NCBI GenBank assembly: GCA_965197825.1
Contig: CBDANW010000002.1
Span: 138,059 to 202,058, forward strand
From: Candidatus Marinacidobacterales bacterium
GTDB lineage: Bacteria; Acidobacteriota; Vicinamibacteria; Marinacidobacterales; DATDRI01
Reading direction: 5' to 3'
DNA length: 64,000 nucleotides
A program made the position numbers and the translations under genes. Below, piece after piece: positions 51,435 to 61,882 of the stretch. Position 1 is the first letter of the stretch, and each line of letters opens with the position of its first letter. The notes beneath the pieces were generated by a model, which saw only the letters and a list, made by a program, of their open reading frames with translations, searched no databases and had not been told where the DNA came from.

Positions 51435-51823
51435 GTTGGCCTCTTCATCCAGCGGATGACCTTCAGCAACTTCAACGCCGCCGTGTCCGTCTCGGGGTTC
51501 AGCCTGTTCGATCGGCGCGAGACCTGGATAGCCGGTTGGCCTCGAAACGCCCCCGTCCCGAAGCCGCCTCCCAGACCGCCGCCGTCTGACCGCACCAAGT
51601 CCGCGTTCGTGAAGTGCGGATACACGTCGGCGTACGGGTACTGGAAGGTGATCTGGAAGCCGATCCAAACCTCGGCTTGCACGTAGGGGCAACCCATGGG
51701 GATGTCCTTCACCACCACGACTGCCCCGCCAGAACCGTCCGATTCCGCCTCCACGGCACACTGGTCGAACGTACGACGGATCTCCTCGATTGCCGTGGTC
51801 ACCCCGGGAACGATCATGCTCAT
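51431..51823 (-). CDS. prokaryotic E2/UBC-fold-like protein (130 aa)
   Basis: VWIGFQITFQYPYADVYPHFTN resembles the E2/RWD core strand-turn (YP..P.F). Its position between the Ubl and E1 genes, with ATGA overlaps on both sides, supports this. The only cysteines are C22 and C45. Confidence 0.55.
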   Translation of the reverse strand: MSMIVPGVTTAIEEIRRTFDQCAVEAESDGSGGAVVVVKDIPMGCPYVQAEVWIGFQITFQYPYADVYPHFTNADLVRSDGGGLGGGFGTGAFRGQPAIQVSRRSNRLNPETDTAALKLLKVIRWMKRPT

Positions 51824-52089
51824 GAGTTGTCGTCGTTCTCGATGGCGAGGAACCGATCATTGGAATGCACCTCGATGGACTCTTCGTCCCCGACCAGTTC
51901 CGTCTTCCCGCCGCCGAGTTCGATGCTCAGCACGAAGTCCTCCTTGATGTTCACACCTTGATCGATCGCCGCCTTCTTGATGCTCTCGCCCGTCTGCTTC
52001 GACCTATCGAGTACCACCGGCTTGTCGTTCAACGCGATTTCGACCTTCCCGTCGTCGATCCCGCCCTTCACATCTTCATCGCTTGCCAT
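51820..52089 (-). CDS. ubiquitin-like beta-grasp protein of the 'multiubiquitin' type (single domain, 89 aa)
   Basis: KVEIALNDKPVVLDRSKQTGESIKKAAIDQGVNIKEDFVLSIELGGGKTELVGDEESIEVHSNDRFLAIEND matches the pattern of prokaryotic Ubl proteins encoded with E2 and E1-JAB genes. It is the first gene of the operon. Confidence 0.6.
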   Translation of the reverse strand: MASDEDVKGGIDDGKVEIALNDKPVVLDRSKQTGESIKKAAIDQGVNIKEDFVLSIELGGGKTELVGDEESIEVHSNDRFLAIENDDNS

Positions 52090-52120
52090 GTCTCCACCCC
52101 TTTCAAAGTTGGCTTCTAAT

Positions 52121-52141
52121 TGCTATAATGAAATTATAGCA
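52121..52141. promoter_or_regulatory. 9-3-9 palindrome containing two back-to-back TATAAT boxes (divergent promoter/operator)
   Basis: TGCTATAAT-GAA-ATTATAGCA lies in an AT-rich 74-bp gap between the Ubl operon (start 52089) and the XRE gene (start 52164). TTCAAA lies 16 nt upstream of the plus-strand TATAAT. The direct repeat GCATATATGA occurs at 52139-52148 and 52158-52167. Confidence 0.6.
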
Positions 52142-52163
52142 TATATGACTAAGGATTGCATAT

Positions 52164-52553
52164 ATGAAATATAGAGAACACCGCACGGAACGTTTCGATG
52201 TCGCCGCGCTACACGCCGCAATGGACTCCGAGCGCCGTTCCCGCCGCCTCACCTGGAAAGATGTGGCGGCGCAGTCGGGCGTCAGCGCATCCACGCTCAC
52301 TCGTCTGTCCCAGGGCCGTCAGCCCGACGTCAACAGCCTCGCAGCCCTCACCGCCTGGCTCGGGATGTCCGCAGACCATTTCATGTGTGCGGAAACCGTT
52401 GACCAGTTCGGCGCAGCAAGCCCCCTTGCCCAGATTTCCTCCATCCTCCATCGAGACCCCCACCTGAATCCCGAGGGGGCGGTTGCCCTTGAGGAGTTAA
52501 TCCGGGCCACGTATGCGCGTATAAGAACTGACAGCGAGCCAGCAACAGACTGA
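52164..52553 (+). CDS. XRE-family HTH transcriptional regulator (129 aa) divergent from the Ubl operon
   Basis: LTWKDVAAQSGVSASTLTRLSQGRQPDVNSLAALTAWLGMSADHF is an HTH_3/31 domain. A ~55-aa C-terminal extension follows. Confidence 0.75.
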   Translation: MKYREHRTERFDVAALHAAMDSERRSRRLTWKDVAAQSGVSASTLTRLSQGRQPDVNSLAALTAWLGMSADHFMCAETVDQFGAASPLAQISSILHRDPHLNPEGAVALEELIRATYARIRTDSEPATD

Positions 52554-52674
52554 CCCCTGCCCGTCGCCCCGCTCCTCCCGTCTAGTCAGAATACTCGAAC
52601 GCCCAGCGGGTCAGCAGTTTGCACCTTTCCAAAGGCCGCTTGAATCCGCCATCGCGGTCGGATACGTATTCCTG

Positions 52675-52800
52675 TTGTGATCAGCAAAAAAGAAGATCGC
52701 GAATTGACGGGCAGACAGCCATGGGAGTTGAGGTCCTGCGAACTCGTGTTCGCCGCGGTGGAGGTTCCGCACTCTGTCGCTGCCGGGCCACCGAGGTTGT
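52675..52800. repeat. terminal fragment of the TGTGATC.GCAAAA...-type IS
   Basis: TGTGATCAGCAAAAAAGAAGATCGCGAATTGACGGGCAGACAGCCATGGGAGTTGAGGTCCTGCGAACTCGT... matches 20870-20988 in reverse complement. It is preceded by a 100-bp SRAP gene fragment (52583-52680). Confidence 0.55.
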
Positions 52801-52943
52801 ACTCCCTTTTATTTGAACGGGAATCTATTGGATGGTCGAAGACGTCGGTGGACAGGTTATCCGAGCCATCGATCCTGGAGTCCATGAGGCCCAGGCCGTC
52901 GAGTGGAGCCAATCTCATACAGCTCGAGTTTATGGAAGGGACA

Positions 52944-53059
52944 GGTCGGAAGCCAGCCCTGCGGCGCGAAATACCCTGGATTCTGCGCGGATTCCAAGGG
53001 CGTCTAAGCTGCTGATTTGTGGTCTATTTCAAAAAGGCCGAGTTTTGGCACAGGACGGG
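52944..53059. repeat. solo TIR-A IS terminus abutting a truncated transposase gene
   Basis: The same 115-bp variant as 7068-7182. It points into the transposase gene at codon ~17. Confidence 0.75.
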
Positions 53060-54082
53060 GTCAACCGCCACCAGCAGGATGTGATCGACTACCTGCAAGA
53101 GGAGAACCGTGTGCTCCGAGCCGGGCTTCGGGGCAAGCGTCTCAGGCTCTCTGACGACGACCGGCGTAGGCTTGCCGTCAAGGCCCAGGCTTTGGGCCGC
53201 GAGGCGCTGGCCCAGATTGCGTCCGTTGCCACACCCGCTACGCTTCTGCGTTGGTACCGCTGCCTCATCGCAGCCAAGTACGATGGCAGCAAGAACCGGA
53301 GCCCAGGCCGACCTCCGACGGCGAAGGACATCCGTGAGCTCATGGTACGCATGGCGCGGGAGAACCCGACGTGGGGATATACGCGTCTGCAGGGCGCACT
53401 CAAGAACCTCGGATATGAACTCGGACACAACACCATCAAGAGGCTCCTCGCCGAGCACGGTATCGCGCCGGCTCCGGAGCGGGGCAAGAGCATGTCGTGG
53501 AGCACCTTCCTCAAGGCTCATTGGGGCGCTATCGCTGCGACAGACCTGTTCACCGTCGAGGTTGTGAACCCGTTCGGGCTCGTCCTCTACCATGTCCTGT
53601 TTGTCATCGATATCGCCACTCGCTGCGTGTGCATCGGTGGGATGACCTCAGACCCCAACGGGGAGTGGATGAAGCAGGTGGCAAGAAACCTCACTGACAT
53701 GTGGGATGGTTTTCTCCTTGGCAAGCGATACCTCATCCACGACCGGGACCCGCTATTCACCGAGGCGGTACGTGGACTCTTGAGAGATTCAGGCGTGAAG
53801 CCCCTGCGCCTTCCCGCCAATAGTCCGAATCTGAACGCCTACGCGGAAAGATTCGTTCTCTCCATATGTCGAGAATGTCTCGACCGTTTCGTACCTCTCA
53901 GTGAGGGACACCTGCGGACAGCGGTAACCGAATATGTCGTGCACTATCACACCGAACGGAACCACCAAGGCATCGGCAACGAGCTCATCACACCTCTGCC
54001 GGCAAGCGTGAAAGACGCTGGCCCCGTCGTGTCGCGAGAGCGACTTGGAGGCATTCTCAACTACTACTACCGTGCCGCATAG
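53060..54082 (+). pseudogene. rve (integrase-core) transposase missing its first ~16 codons
   Basis: [20 protein letters not shown]...[32 protein letters not shown]...[10 protein letters not shown]...[17 protein letters not shown]...[10 protein letters not shown]. The track ORF start at 52832 reads through unrelated IS debris. Confidence 0.75.
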
Positions 54083-54313
54083 ATTGTCGTCGGCGACGGT
54101 CGCCCCTCGGTGGGCTCGACCGGCGTAGTGTGGAAACACAGCTTCAGGAACACGCTTGGATATTCGCTCTCGACCAGGTGGTCGTCTGCATGGTGACGAC
54201 CCGTCCACCCAAGACGATTGTAGAGCCTACGGCCCTTGGCACGGTCGCAAACACAGACTCTAAGCTGCTGATTTATCGTTTATTTCAAAAGGGCTGAGTT
54301 TTGGCACAGGACG
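53060..54313 (+). mobile_element. rve-type (IS481/IS3-like) TIR-A insertion sequence lacking its left ~200 bp
   Basis: Transposase body plus a ~135-bp right end finishing ...CTAAGCTGCTGATTTATCGTTTATTTCAAAAGGGCTGAGTTTTGGCACAGGACG. The left end is represented only by the fragment at 20586-20792. Confidence 0.75.
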
Positions 54314-54682
54314 CCGTAGGGTCTTAGCGTCATCTCACCAACACTTAATGGCGGAAGCACCCGGAGAATTCAGAAGGCGCTATTGGCGGCGGGTCATCCA
54401 GTAGACGAGTTCGGGCATTCGCGTCCGACTGCATAGAGTCCTGTCCGCCCCGCCTATCGCGGAGCACCCGTGGCCGAATCACGGCGGAGGACAACGATGG
54501 AGCCTGACCAGAAGCCCGCTGCGCCGGACGGTTCCCCCGCTGCTGCTCAGGGTGCCGACTATAATGATGATGAAGGACACGCAACCGATCCCGTCCTGTT
54601 CCAAAACTAGGCTCTTTTGAAATAGGCCATTGCGTTTTCGGCCAAATTGGCAAAATTGACGCTACAATAAATGGAGAGTTGC

Positions 54683-54886
54683 ATGCAGACCCTGAGCGCG
54701 AAAGACGCAAAATACGGCTTCGGACGGCTGATCGACCTTGCCCGCGCCGAGCCGCTTGCGGTGACTAAGCATGGGCGGCCAGTTGTTGTTGTGCTCTCGG
54801 TAGAGGAATACGAGCGGCTGAAGGCGCTGGAGAGCACCAGTGCTGGAGAAAAAGACGAGAGGGCAGAAAAGACCGATAGCGAATGA
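54683..54886 (+). CDS. Phd/YefM-family antitoxin-like protein (67 aa), no cognate toxin
   Basis: MQTLSAKDAKYGFGRLIDLARAEPLAVTKHGRPVVVVLSVEEYERLKAL. GGAGAG lies 5 nt upstream of the ATG at 54683. The stop overlaps the hsdM start (ATGA). Confidence 0.75.
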   Translation: MQTLSAKDAKYGFGRLIDLARAEPLAVTKHGRPVVVVLSVEEYERLKALESTSAGEKDERAEKTDSE

Positions 54887-57002
54887 TAGCGGACCACCTG
54901 ATCGGCATCGAGCAGTTCGAGGCGAACCTCTGGAAGATCGCGGATAACCTGCGGGCGAATTCGAACCTCGCGTCGAACGAGTATTTCATGCCCATACTGG
55001 GCCTGATCTTCCTGCGGCACGCGACGAACCGCTACTACGAAGCGATGGCGGCGATCGAAGAAGACAGGACCGCAGGCAGGATGCCGGAGCGCCCACTAAT
55101 CGAAGCCGATTTCACCCGGCGCCGCGCGCTGATGCTACCCGAGGCGGCGCGCTATGACGTTCTGCTGGAGATGCCCAAGGATGGCAATCTCGGCGCTACA
55201 GTGAACGCCGCCATGGAAGCCGTGGAAGATCACTTCCCGCCGCTCGCGGGCCAACTCCCGAAGGACTACGAGCACTTCGAGGACGATGTCCTGGAAGCAA
55301 TGATGCGGACCTTCGATTCCGAGGCGCTGCGCACGGCCTCGGGTGACGTGTTCGGCCGCATCTACGAATATTTCCTCACGCAGTTCTCGAAGGAGGGCGC
55401 ACACGACAACGGCGAGTTCTTCACCCCGCCTTCGATCGTCCAGACTATCGTCAACGTCATCGAGCCCGACCACGGTGTCGTCCTCGACCCCGCCTGCGGC
55501 TCGGGCGGCATGTTTGTGCAATCGAGTCACTTTATCGAGGACGAGGGCGAGGACACGATGAAGCGGGTTACGTTCTACGGCCACGAGAAGAACGAGACCA
55601 CCGCGAAGCTGGCCCAGATCAACCTCGCCGTTCATGGGCTGCAGGGCACCATTCGAGCCGGGAACGAAGCCATCACTTACTACAAAGACCCGCACGAACT
55701 CGTCGGCAAGTGCGATTTCGTCATGGCCAATCCGCCGTTCAACGTGGACGAAGTGGATGCCGAGAAGGTCAAGGGCGACAAGCGCCTGCCGTTCAGCCTG
55801 CCCGGAGTGAACAAGTCGAAGAAGGTCTCCAACGCCAATTACTTGTGGCTCTCCTATTTCTACAGCTACCTGAACGAAACCGGCCGGGCCGGGGTCGTCA
55901 TGTCGTCGCAGGCTTCCAGCGCCGGGCGAGCCGGGCGAGACGAGGCCAAAGTGAGACAGAAGCTGGTCGAGAGCGGCGCCCTCGACGTGATGCTCGATAT
56001 CCGCGGCAACTTCTTCTACACCCGCACCGTGCCCTGTCAGCTCTGGTTTTTCGACCGGGCGAAGGAGCGAGACCCCGAGCGGGTCGATCACGTCTTGATG
56101 CTCGATGCGCGCAATATCTATCGCAAGATCTCGCGTGCCATCTTCGACTTTAGCCCGGAGCAGCAGAAGAACATCGCCGCCATCGTCTGGCTCTATCGGG
56201 GGCAGTCGGATCGCTTTCTCAAGCTGGTGGAGACCTATCTCGGGCAGGCCATCGCGGAAGGGCAGGCGACCGACGAGCCGCTGGCGGTGCTTGAGGATGC
56301 CCTCGGCAAGCTGATCGATCTGGCCGAACCCTTTGCGACCGGGAAGCACGATCCTGACCCGCTAGCCGAGACCTGGGAGGAGCTAACCTCCGCACAGGCC
56401 ACATTATCGGCCGACATAGAAGCGTTAGCGGCCGAAGTTGCAGCGCGAGCCGCCAACTGGAACGAGAGTGGGAGCGAAGGAGGGAGGGACAATGCCGCCC
56501 TCCATGCGGTACGTGAAGGTCTGCGCGACATGGCCGAACGCTGCCGGGACCTGACCAAGCAGATCGATCTAGCGGTGAAGCTCGCGGGGCGCGTAGTCGA
56601 TATCGCCGTGAAGGAACTTGACGCGCGGGAATCGGACCACTGGGACAGTACCGACATCAACAAAGCGCGCAAGGCGCTGGAGGGCGTACGGGCTGGGGCC
56701 GTCGAATCGATGCGCCAAGCGCGCTACTTCGTCCGCCAAGCTGACTGGCTACAGGAGCGGTTTCCCGATGCCGAATTGCGGGATGTCGAGGGGCTGGTGA
56801 AGCTGGCCGACCGCGCTGAGATCGAAGCACATGACTGGAGCCTGACGCCCGGCCGCTATGTCGGAGTCGCGCCAGACGACGCGGACGAAGATTTCGATTT
56901 CGAAGTGGCTCTGCGGTCCATTCACATCGACTTGAAGGGGCTGAACGAGGAAGCGGCGGAACTCGCAGTGCGAATCACAAGGAACTTCGAGGAGTTAGGG
57001 GC

Positions 57003-57006
<4 letters not shown>
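54883..57006 (+). CDS. hsdM: type I restriction-modification system methyltransferase subunit
   Basis: N-terminal HsdM domain (LWKIADNLRANSNLASNEYFMPILGLIFLRHA), motif X EFFTPPSIV, motif I VLDPACGSGGMFVQS and motif IV FVMANPPFNV. Confidence 0.9.
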
Positions 57007-58148
<1,142 letters not shown>

Positions 58149-58185
58149 TGGGAGCACCCGGCATCACCAGGGGAGGGCACGCGCG

Positions 58186-61100
58186 ATGGCGGTGACGCCC
58201 ATCAACAGCGAGGACAGGCTGGTACAGGCGACCTTCGCCGAACATCTGGAACGGGTGCTGGGCTGGGACAGCCTCTATGCCTGGAACGAGGAGACCTTCG
58301 GGCCCGAGGGCACCCTCGGCCGTGCCGATACCAAGCAAGCGGTGCTGATCCGCGAGCTGCGAGCGGCGCTGGAACGGCTAAACTCCGATCTGCCGACCTC
58401 GGCCATCGACGATGCCATGCGGGACCTGACCGTATACGATATCAGCCGCTCGATGGTGCAACACAACCGCGACTTCTATCGGCTGCTCCGTGGCGGCGTG
58501 CCCGTGGAATACCGGGACGACCAGGGCCTCCGGAAATCCGCCCGAGCGCGGGTGATCGACTTCGACAATGCACCGGACTCAAACCGCTTTCTTGCCGTGC
58601 GTGAGCTGAAGCTGACCGGCATCCGCACGCCCAACTACAACCGCCGCGCCGACCTGGTCTGTTTTGTCAACGGCCTTCCGCTGGTCTACATCGAGTTGAA
58701 GGCAGTCTACAAGAACATTCGCGAGGGCTTCGACAACAACCTATCCGACTATATGGACGAAAACGTCATCGCCCACGCCTTCCATCACAACGCCTTCCTA
58801 ATCGTTTCGAACGGTGACCGTGCCCGCTACGGCTCGATCACTAGCGAGTGGGGGCATTTCGCCGAGTGGAAGCGGCTCGACGAGGCGGACAAGGGCAGGC
58901 TGGAAGCGGAGGTCCTCTTGAACGGCATGCTGGCGAAAGATCGGCTGCTGGACATTGTCGAGAGCTTCATCCTGTTCGACGAAAGCAAGCCGGGGGCCAC
59001 ACGCAAGGTGGTCGCGAGGAACCACCAGGTGCTGGGCGTCAACCGGGCAGTGGCATCTGTGTCACGGCAAGAAGAATTGAAACTGGAGTTCCCACCGGAG
59101 CAGCGCCTGAAGCACCGCGTCGTCGAGTTGCCGCTTGAATCTGGAGAACTAGTCCAGGAAGTACCAACCCGAGATCGGGTGACTGCGCGGTCGCCGTTCA
59201 TTCCCGAAGGCCCGCTCGACATCATCGAGCGGGCGCACCCCGACCTCGGTCGGCTCGGCGTATTCTGGCACACCCAGGGCAGCGGTAAGTCCTATTCCAT
59301 GGCCTTCTTCGCCGAGAAGGTGCGGCGGAAGCTGGAAGGCAATTTCACGTTCCTGCTCATGACCGACCGAAACGATCTCGACGGCCAGATATACAAGACT
59401 TTCGTCGGCTGTGGCATCGCCGACGACCAGACGCCTCGGGCCGCGTCGGGCGACGATCTGGAAAAGCTGTTGAAGGAGAACCACCGCTACGTCTTCAGCC
59501 TGATCCACAAGTTCAACAAGGATGTCGATCCAAAGCAGCCCTACAGCGAGCGCGACGACATCATCGTGATCTCGGACGAGGCGCATCGCACTCAAGCGGG
59601 GCGGTTGGCGCGCAACATGCGTCTCGCCCTGCCGAATGCGGCCTTCATCGGCTTCACCGGCACGCCGCTTTTCAAGCAGGACGAGATCACCAAACGCATC
59701 TTCGGCGATTACGTCTCTCGATACGATTTCAAGCGGTCCGAGGAGGACGGCGCAACCGTCAAGCTGGTCTACGAGAACCGGGGCGAGAAGCTGGGTGTCA
59801 CACGGACGGATCTGAATGACCGCATTGCGGCGAAGATCGACGAGGCTGAGCTGGACCCCGACCAGGAGGCGCTGCTGGACAAGCTGTTGGGTCAGGACTA
59901 CGAGGTCATCACCGCGGACGAACGGCTCGACAAGATTGCCGCCGACTTCGTCGAGCACTGCGTGACCCGCTGGGAGTCGGGCAAGTCGATGCTGGTCTGC
60001 ATCGACAAGATCACCTGTGCCCGGATGCTCCAGCAGATCGTTCCACGATGGCAGGCGAAGGTGGCGTCGGTCCAGGCAGCGGCCGACGTGAAACGCGCGG
60101 CGGCGCAGGCGGCGCGTGACAAGACCAGTCGCGCCGCGTTTGAGGAGGAGGCGCAGCAGCTGGCGGCCCAAGCGGCCTGGCTGGATGAGACAATCGTTGA
60201 GATCATCATCAGTGAGGCGCAGAACGAGGTCAAAGACTTCGCGAAATGGGGCTTCGACATCATCCCACACCGTGCCCTGATGAAGCAGGGCTTCGAGACC
60301 GCCGACGGTCAGAGGGTGGATGTAGAAACCGCGTTCAAAAACCCGGCGCATCCCTTCCGCGTCGCCATCGTCTGCGCCATGTGGATGACCGGTTTCGATG
60401 TCGAGTGCCTTTCGACGCTCTACATCGACAAGCCGATGAGGGCACACTCCTTGATGCAGGCGATCGCGCGGGCGAACCGGGTATATCCTGGCAAAGATTT
60501 CGGTCTGATCGTTGACTACAATGGCATGCTGAAAAGCCTACGGGAGGCGCTGGCGCAGTATGCGCTCGGCGATGATGGCGCCGGCGACGAGGAGACCGTC
60601 GCGCCGGTCGAGGAGCGTGTGCAGGCCCTGATCGAGGCCATCGAGGCGACAGAGGTGCATCTGCGCGGGCTAGGCTTCGACCCTGCGACGCTTGTCGGCT
60701 CGACTGGTTTCGCGCGTATCAAGGGACTGAAGGATGCGGTCGAGGCCGTCTATTCCAGCGACGAGGCCAAGCGTCGATTCGAGATCCTCGCCAGACAGGT
60801 GTTCGTCCGTTTCAAGGCATTGCTGATGGAACCGTCGGCGTTTGCCTACGCCGAGCGGCACGACAACATCGAGGCAATCTACAAGAAGCTGACGGAGCGG
60901 CGCGATACTGCGGACGTGACAGAACTCTTGAAGGAGCTGCACCGGATCGTCAACGAGGCGATCCGCACGCAGGCGCCGGGCGATGACCAATCCGAAGGTC
61001 TGACCTTCGACCTCAGCCAGATCGACATGAAAAAACTGCGCGACGAGTTCGCAAAGAAGGTCCGGCACAAGGCAACGGCACTTCAGGACATCCGCGAGAT

Positions 61101-61602
61101 CGTCCAGCAGAAGCTGGACGAAATGTTAGCACGCAACCCTTTGCGCATGGACTATCAGCAGAAGTACGAGGAAATTGTCGACGATTACAACCGCGAGAAG
61201 GACCGCGTCAACATCGAGAAGACCTTCCGTCGACTGATGGAACTCATGGACGAGTTGGATGCGGAGCAGAAGCGCGCGATCGAGGAGGGCCTCAATGAGC
61301 ACGAACTCGCGCTGTTCGACTTGCTGAAGAAGGACGATCTTGCAAAGGCTGAGCGGGAGCGCGTCAAGCAAGCGAGCCGCAATCTGCTGGCGTCTATAAG
61401 GGCGCGTCTCTCCGAACTCGACCGTTTCTGGGAGAAGGAGCAGACCAAGGCGGATGTGGAGGTGTTCATTCTCGACGAGGTGTACGCCTGCCTGCCGACG
61501 CCGCCATTCACCGCCGATGAGAAGAAGGTGGTCGCGGCCGAGGTCTATGCACATGTCTGGCAACAGGCCGTCAGCGGTGAATTTACAAGGGCGGCGTGGT
61601 GA
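58186..61602 (+). CDS. hsdR: type I restriction endonuclease R subunit (SF2 helicase/translocase plus nuclease)
   Basis: N-terminal nuclease region (ADLVCFVNGLPLVYIELK), motif I FWHTQGSGKSYSM, motif II IIVISDEAHRTQ, later helicase motifs (MWMTGFDVECLSTLYIDKPMRAHSLMQAIARANR) and a long helical C-terminus. Confidence 0.9.
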   Translation: MAVTPINSEDRLVQATFAEHLERVLGWDSLYAWNEETFGPEGTLGRADTKQAVLIRELRAALERLNSDLPTSAIDDAMRDLTVYDISRSMVQHNRDFYRLLRGGVPVEYRDDQGLRKSARARVIDFDNAPDSNRFLAVRELKLTGIRTPNYNRRADLVCFVNGLPLVYIELKAVYKNIREGFDNNLSDYMDENVIAHAFHHNAFLIVSNGDRARYGSITSEWGHFAEWKRLDEADKGRLEAEVLLNGMLAKDRLLDIVESFILFDESKPGATRKVVARNHQVLGVNRAVASVSRQEELKLEFPPEQRLKHRVVELPLESGELVQEVPTRDRVTARSPFIPEGPLDIIERAHPDLGRLGVFWHTQGSGKSYSMAFFAEKVRRKLEGNFTFLLMTDRNDLDGQIYKTFVGCGIADDQTPRAASGDDLEKLLKENHRYVFSLIHKFNKDVDPKQPYSERDDIIVISDEAHRTQAGRLARNMRLALPNAAFIGFTGTPLFKQDEITKRIFGDYVSRYDFKRSEEDGATVKLVYENRGEKLGVTRTDLNDRIAAKIDEAELDPDQEALLDKLLGQDYEVITADERLDKIAADFVEHCVTRWESGKSMLVCIDKITCARMLQQIVPRWQAKVASVQAAADVKRAAAQAARDKTSRAAFEEEAQQLAAQAAWLDETIVEIIISEAQNEVKDFAKWGFDIIPHRALMKQGFETADGQRVDVETAFKNPAHPFRVAIVCAMWMTGFDVECLSTLYIDKPMRAHSLMQAIARANRVYPGKDFGLIVDYNGMLKSLREALAQYALGDDGAGDEETVAPVEERVQALIEAIEATEVHLRGLGFDPATLVGSTGFARIKGLKDAVEAVYSSDEAKRRFEILARQVFVRFKALLMEPSAFAYAERHDNIEAIYKKLTERRDTADVTELLKELHRIVNEAIRTQAPGDDQSEGLTFDLSQIDMKKLRDEFAKKVRHKATALQDIREIVQQKLDEMLARNPLRMDYQQKYEEIVDDYNREKDRVNIEKTFRRLMELMDELDAEQKRAIEEGLNEHELALFDLLKKDDLAKAERERVKQASRNLLASIRARLSELDRFWEKEQTKADVEVFILDEVYACLPTPPFTADEKKVVAAEVYAHVWQQAVSGEFTRAAW

Positions 61603-61882
61603 TTCCGGGCGCCCATTAGAGGTGCTCAGCAGAACAAAAGGAGCGAGTGTAAAGATCAGGGGATGACGAAGACTGAATATCTCAAGGACAGTTACAAGTC
61701 GCGACTATACATTCTGCATGCCTCAACTCGTACACTCCGAAGAGAGGACTCATCAAGGTTGCGGCCCCTTCTGCTCCTATCTTTGTTGCTAGGAGTTTTT
61801 AGAGAGACTTGAGAGATACCCATTTAACGTTTTTCGGCGGAGAGACAAGAGTCTGGAGGGCTTTTGAGTCAATACCGTCAGT

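Noticed and set aside
51435-51860. 142-aa N-terminal extension of the JAB-E1 ORF, giving a 615-aa protein.
   Set aside because: It overlaps the E2-like gene in another frame and is Arg/Gly/Pro-rich. The ATGA overlap at 51431-51434 gives a clean operon structure.
52832-53059. The track ORF 52832-54082 suggests a 416-aa transposase with a novel N-terminus.
   Set aside because: The first 76 codons read through IS-end debris ([16 protein letters not shown] is the translated terminal repeat). The genuine N-terminus (MMTYHVQFLLLVLAGW) is seen at 20707-20760, so the gene is 5'-truncated rather than novel.
55135-56349. 404-aa minus-strand ORF inside hsdM, and similar long antisense ORFs in hsdR (59149-60447, 432 aa), in the 526-aa gene (48793-49566) and in the methylase (35019-35477).
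   Set aside because: All are antisense to genes with clear motifs, have low-complexity Arg/Leu/Gly/Val composition and contain no recognisable domains. These are expected high-G+C artefacts.
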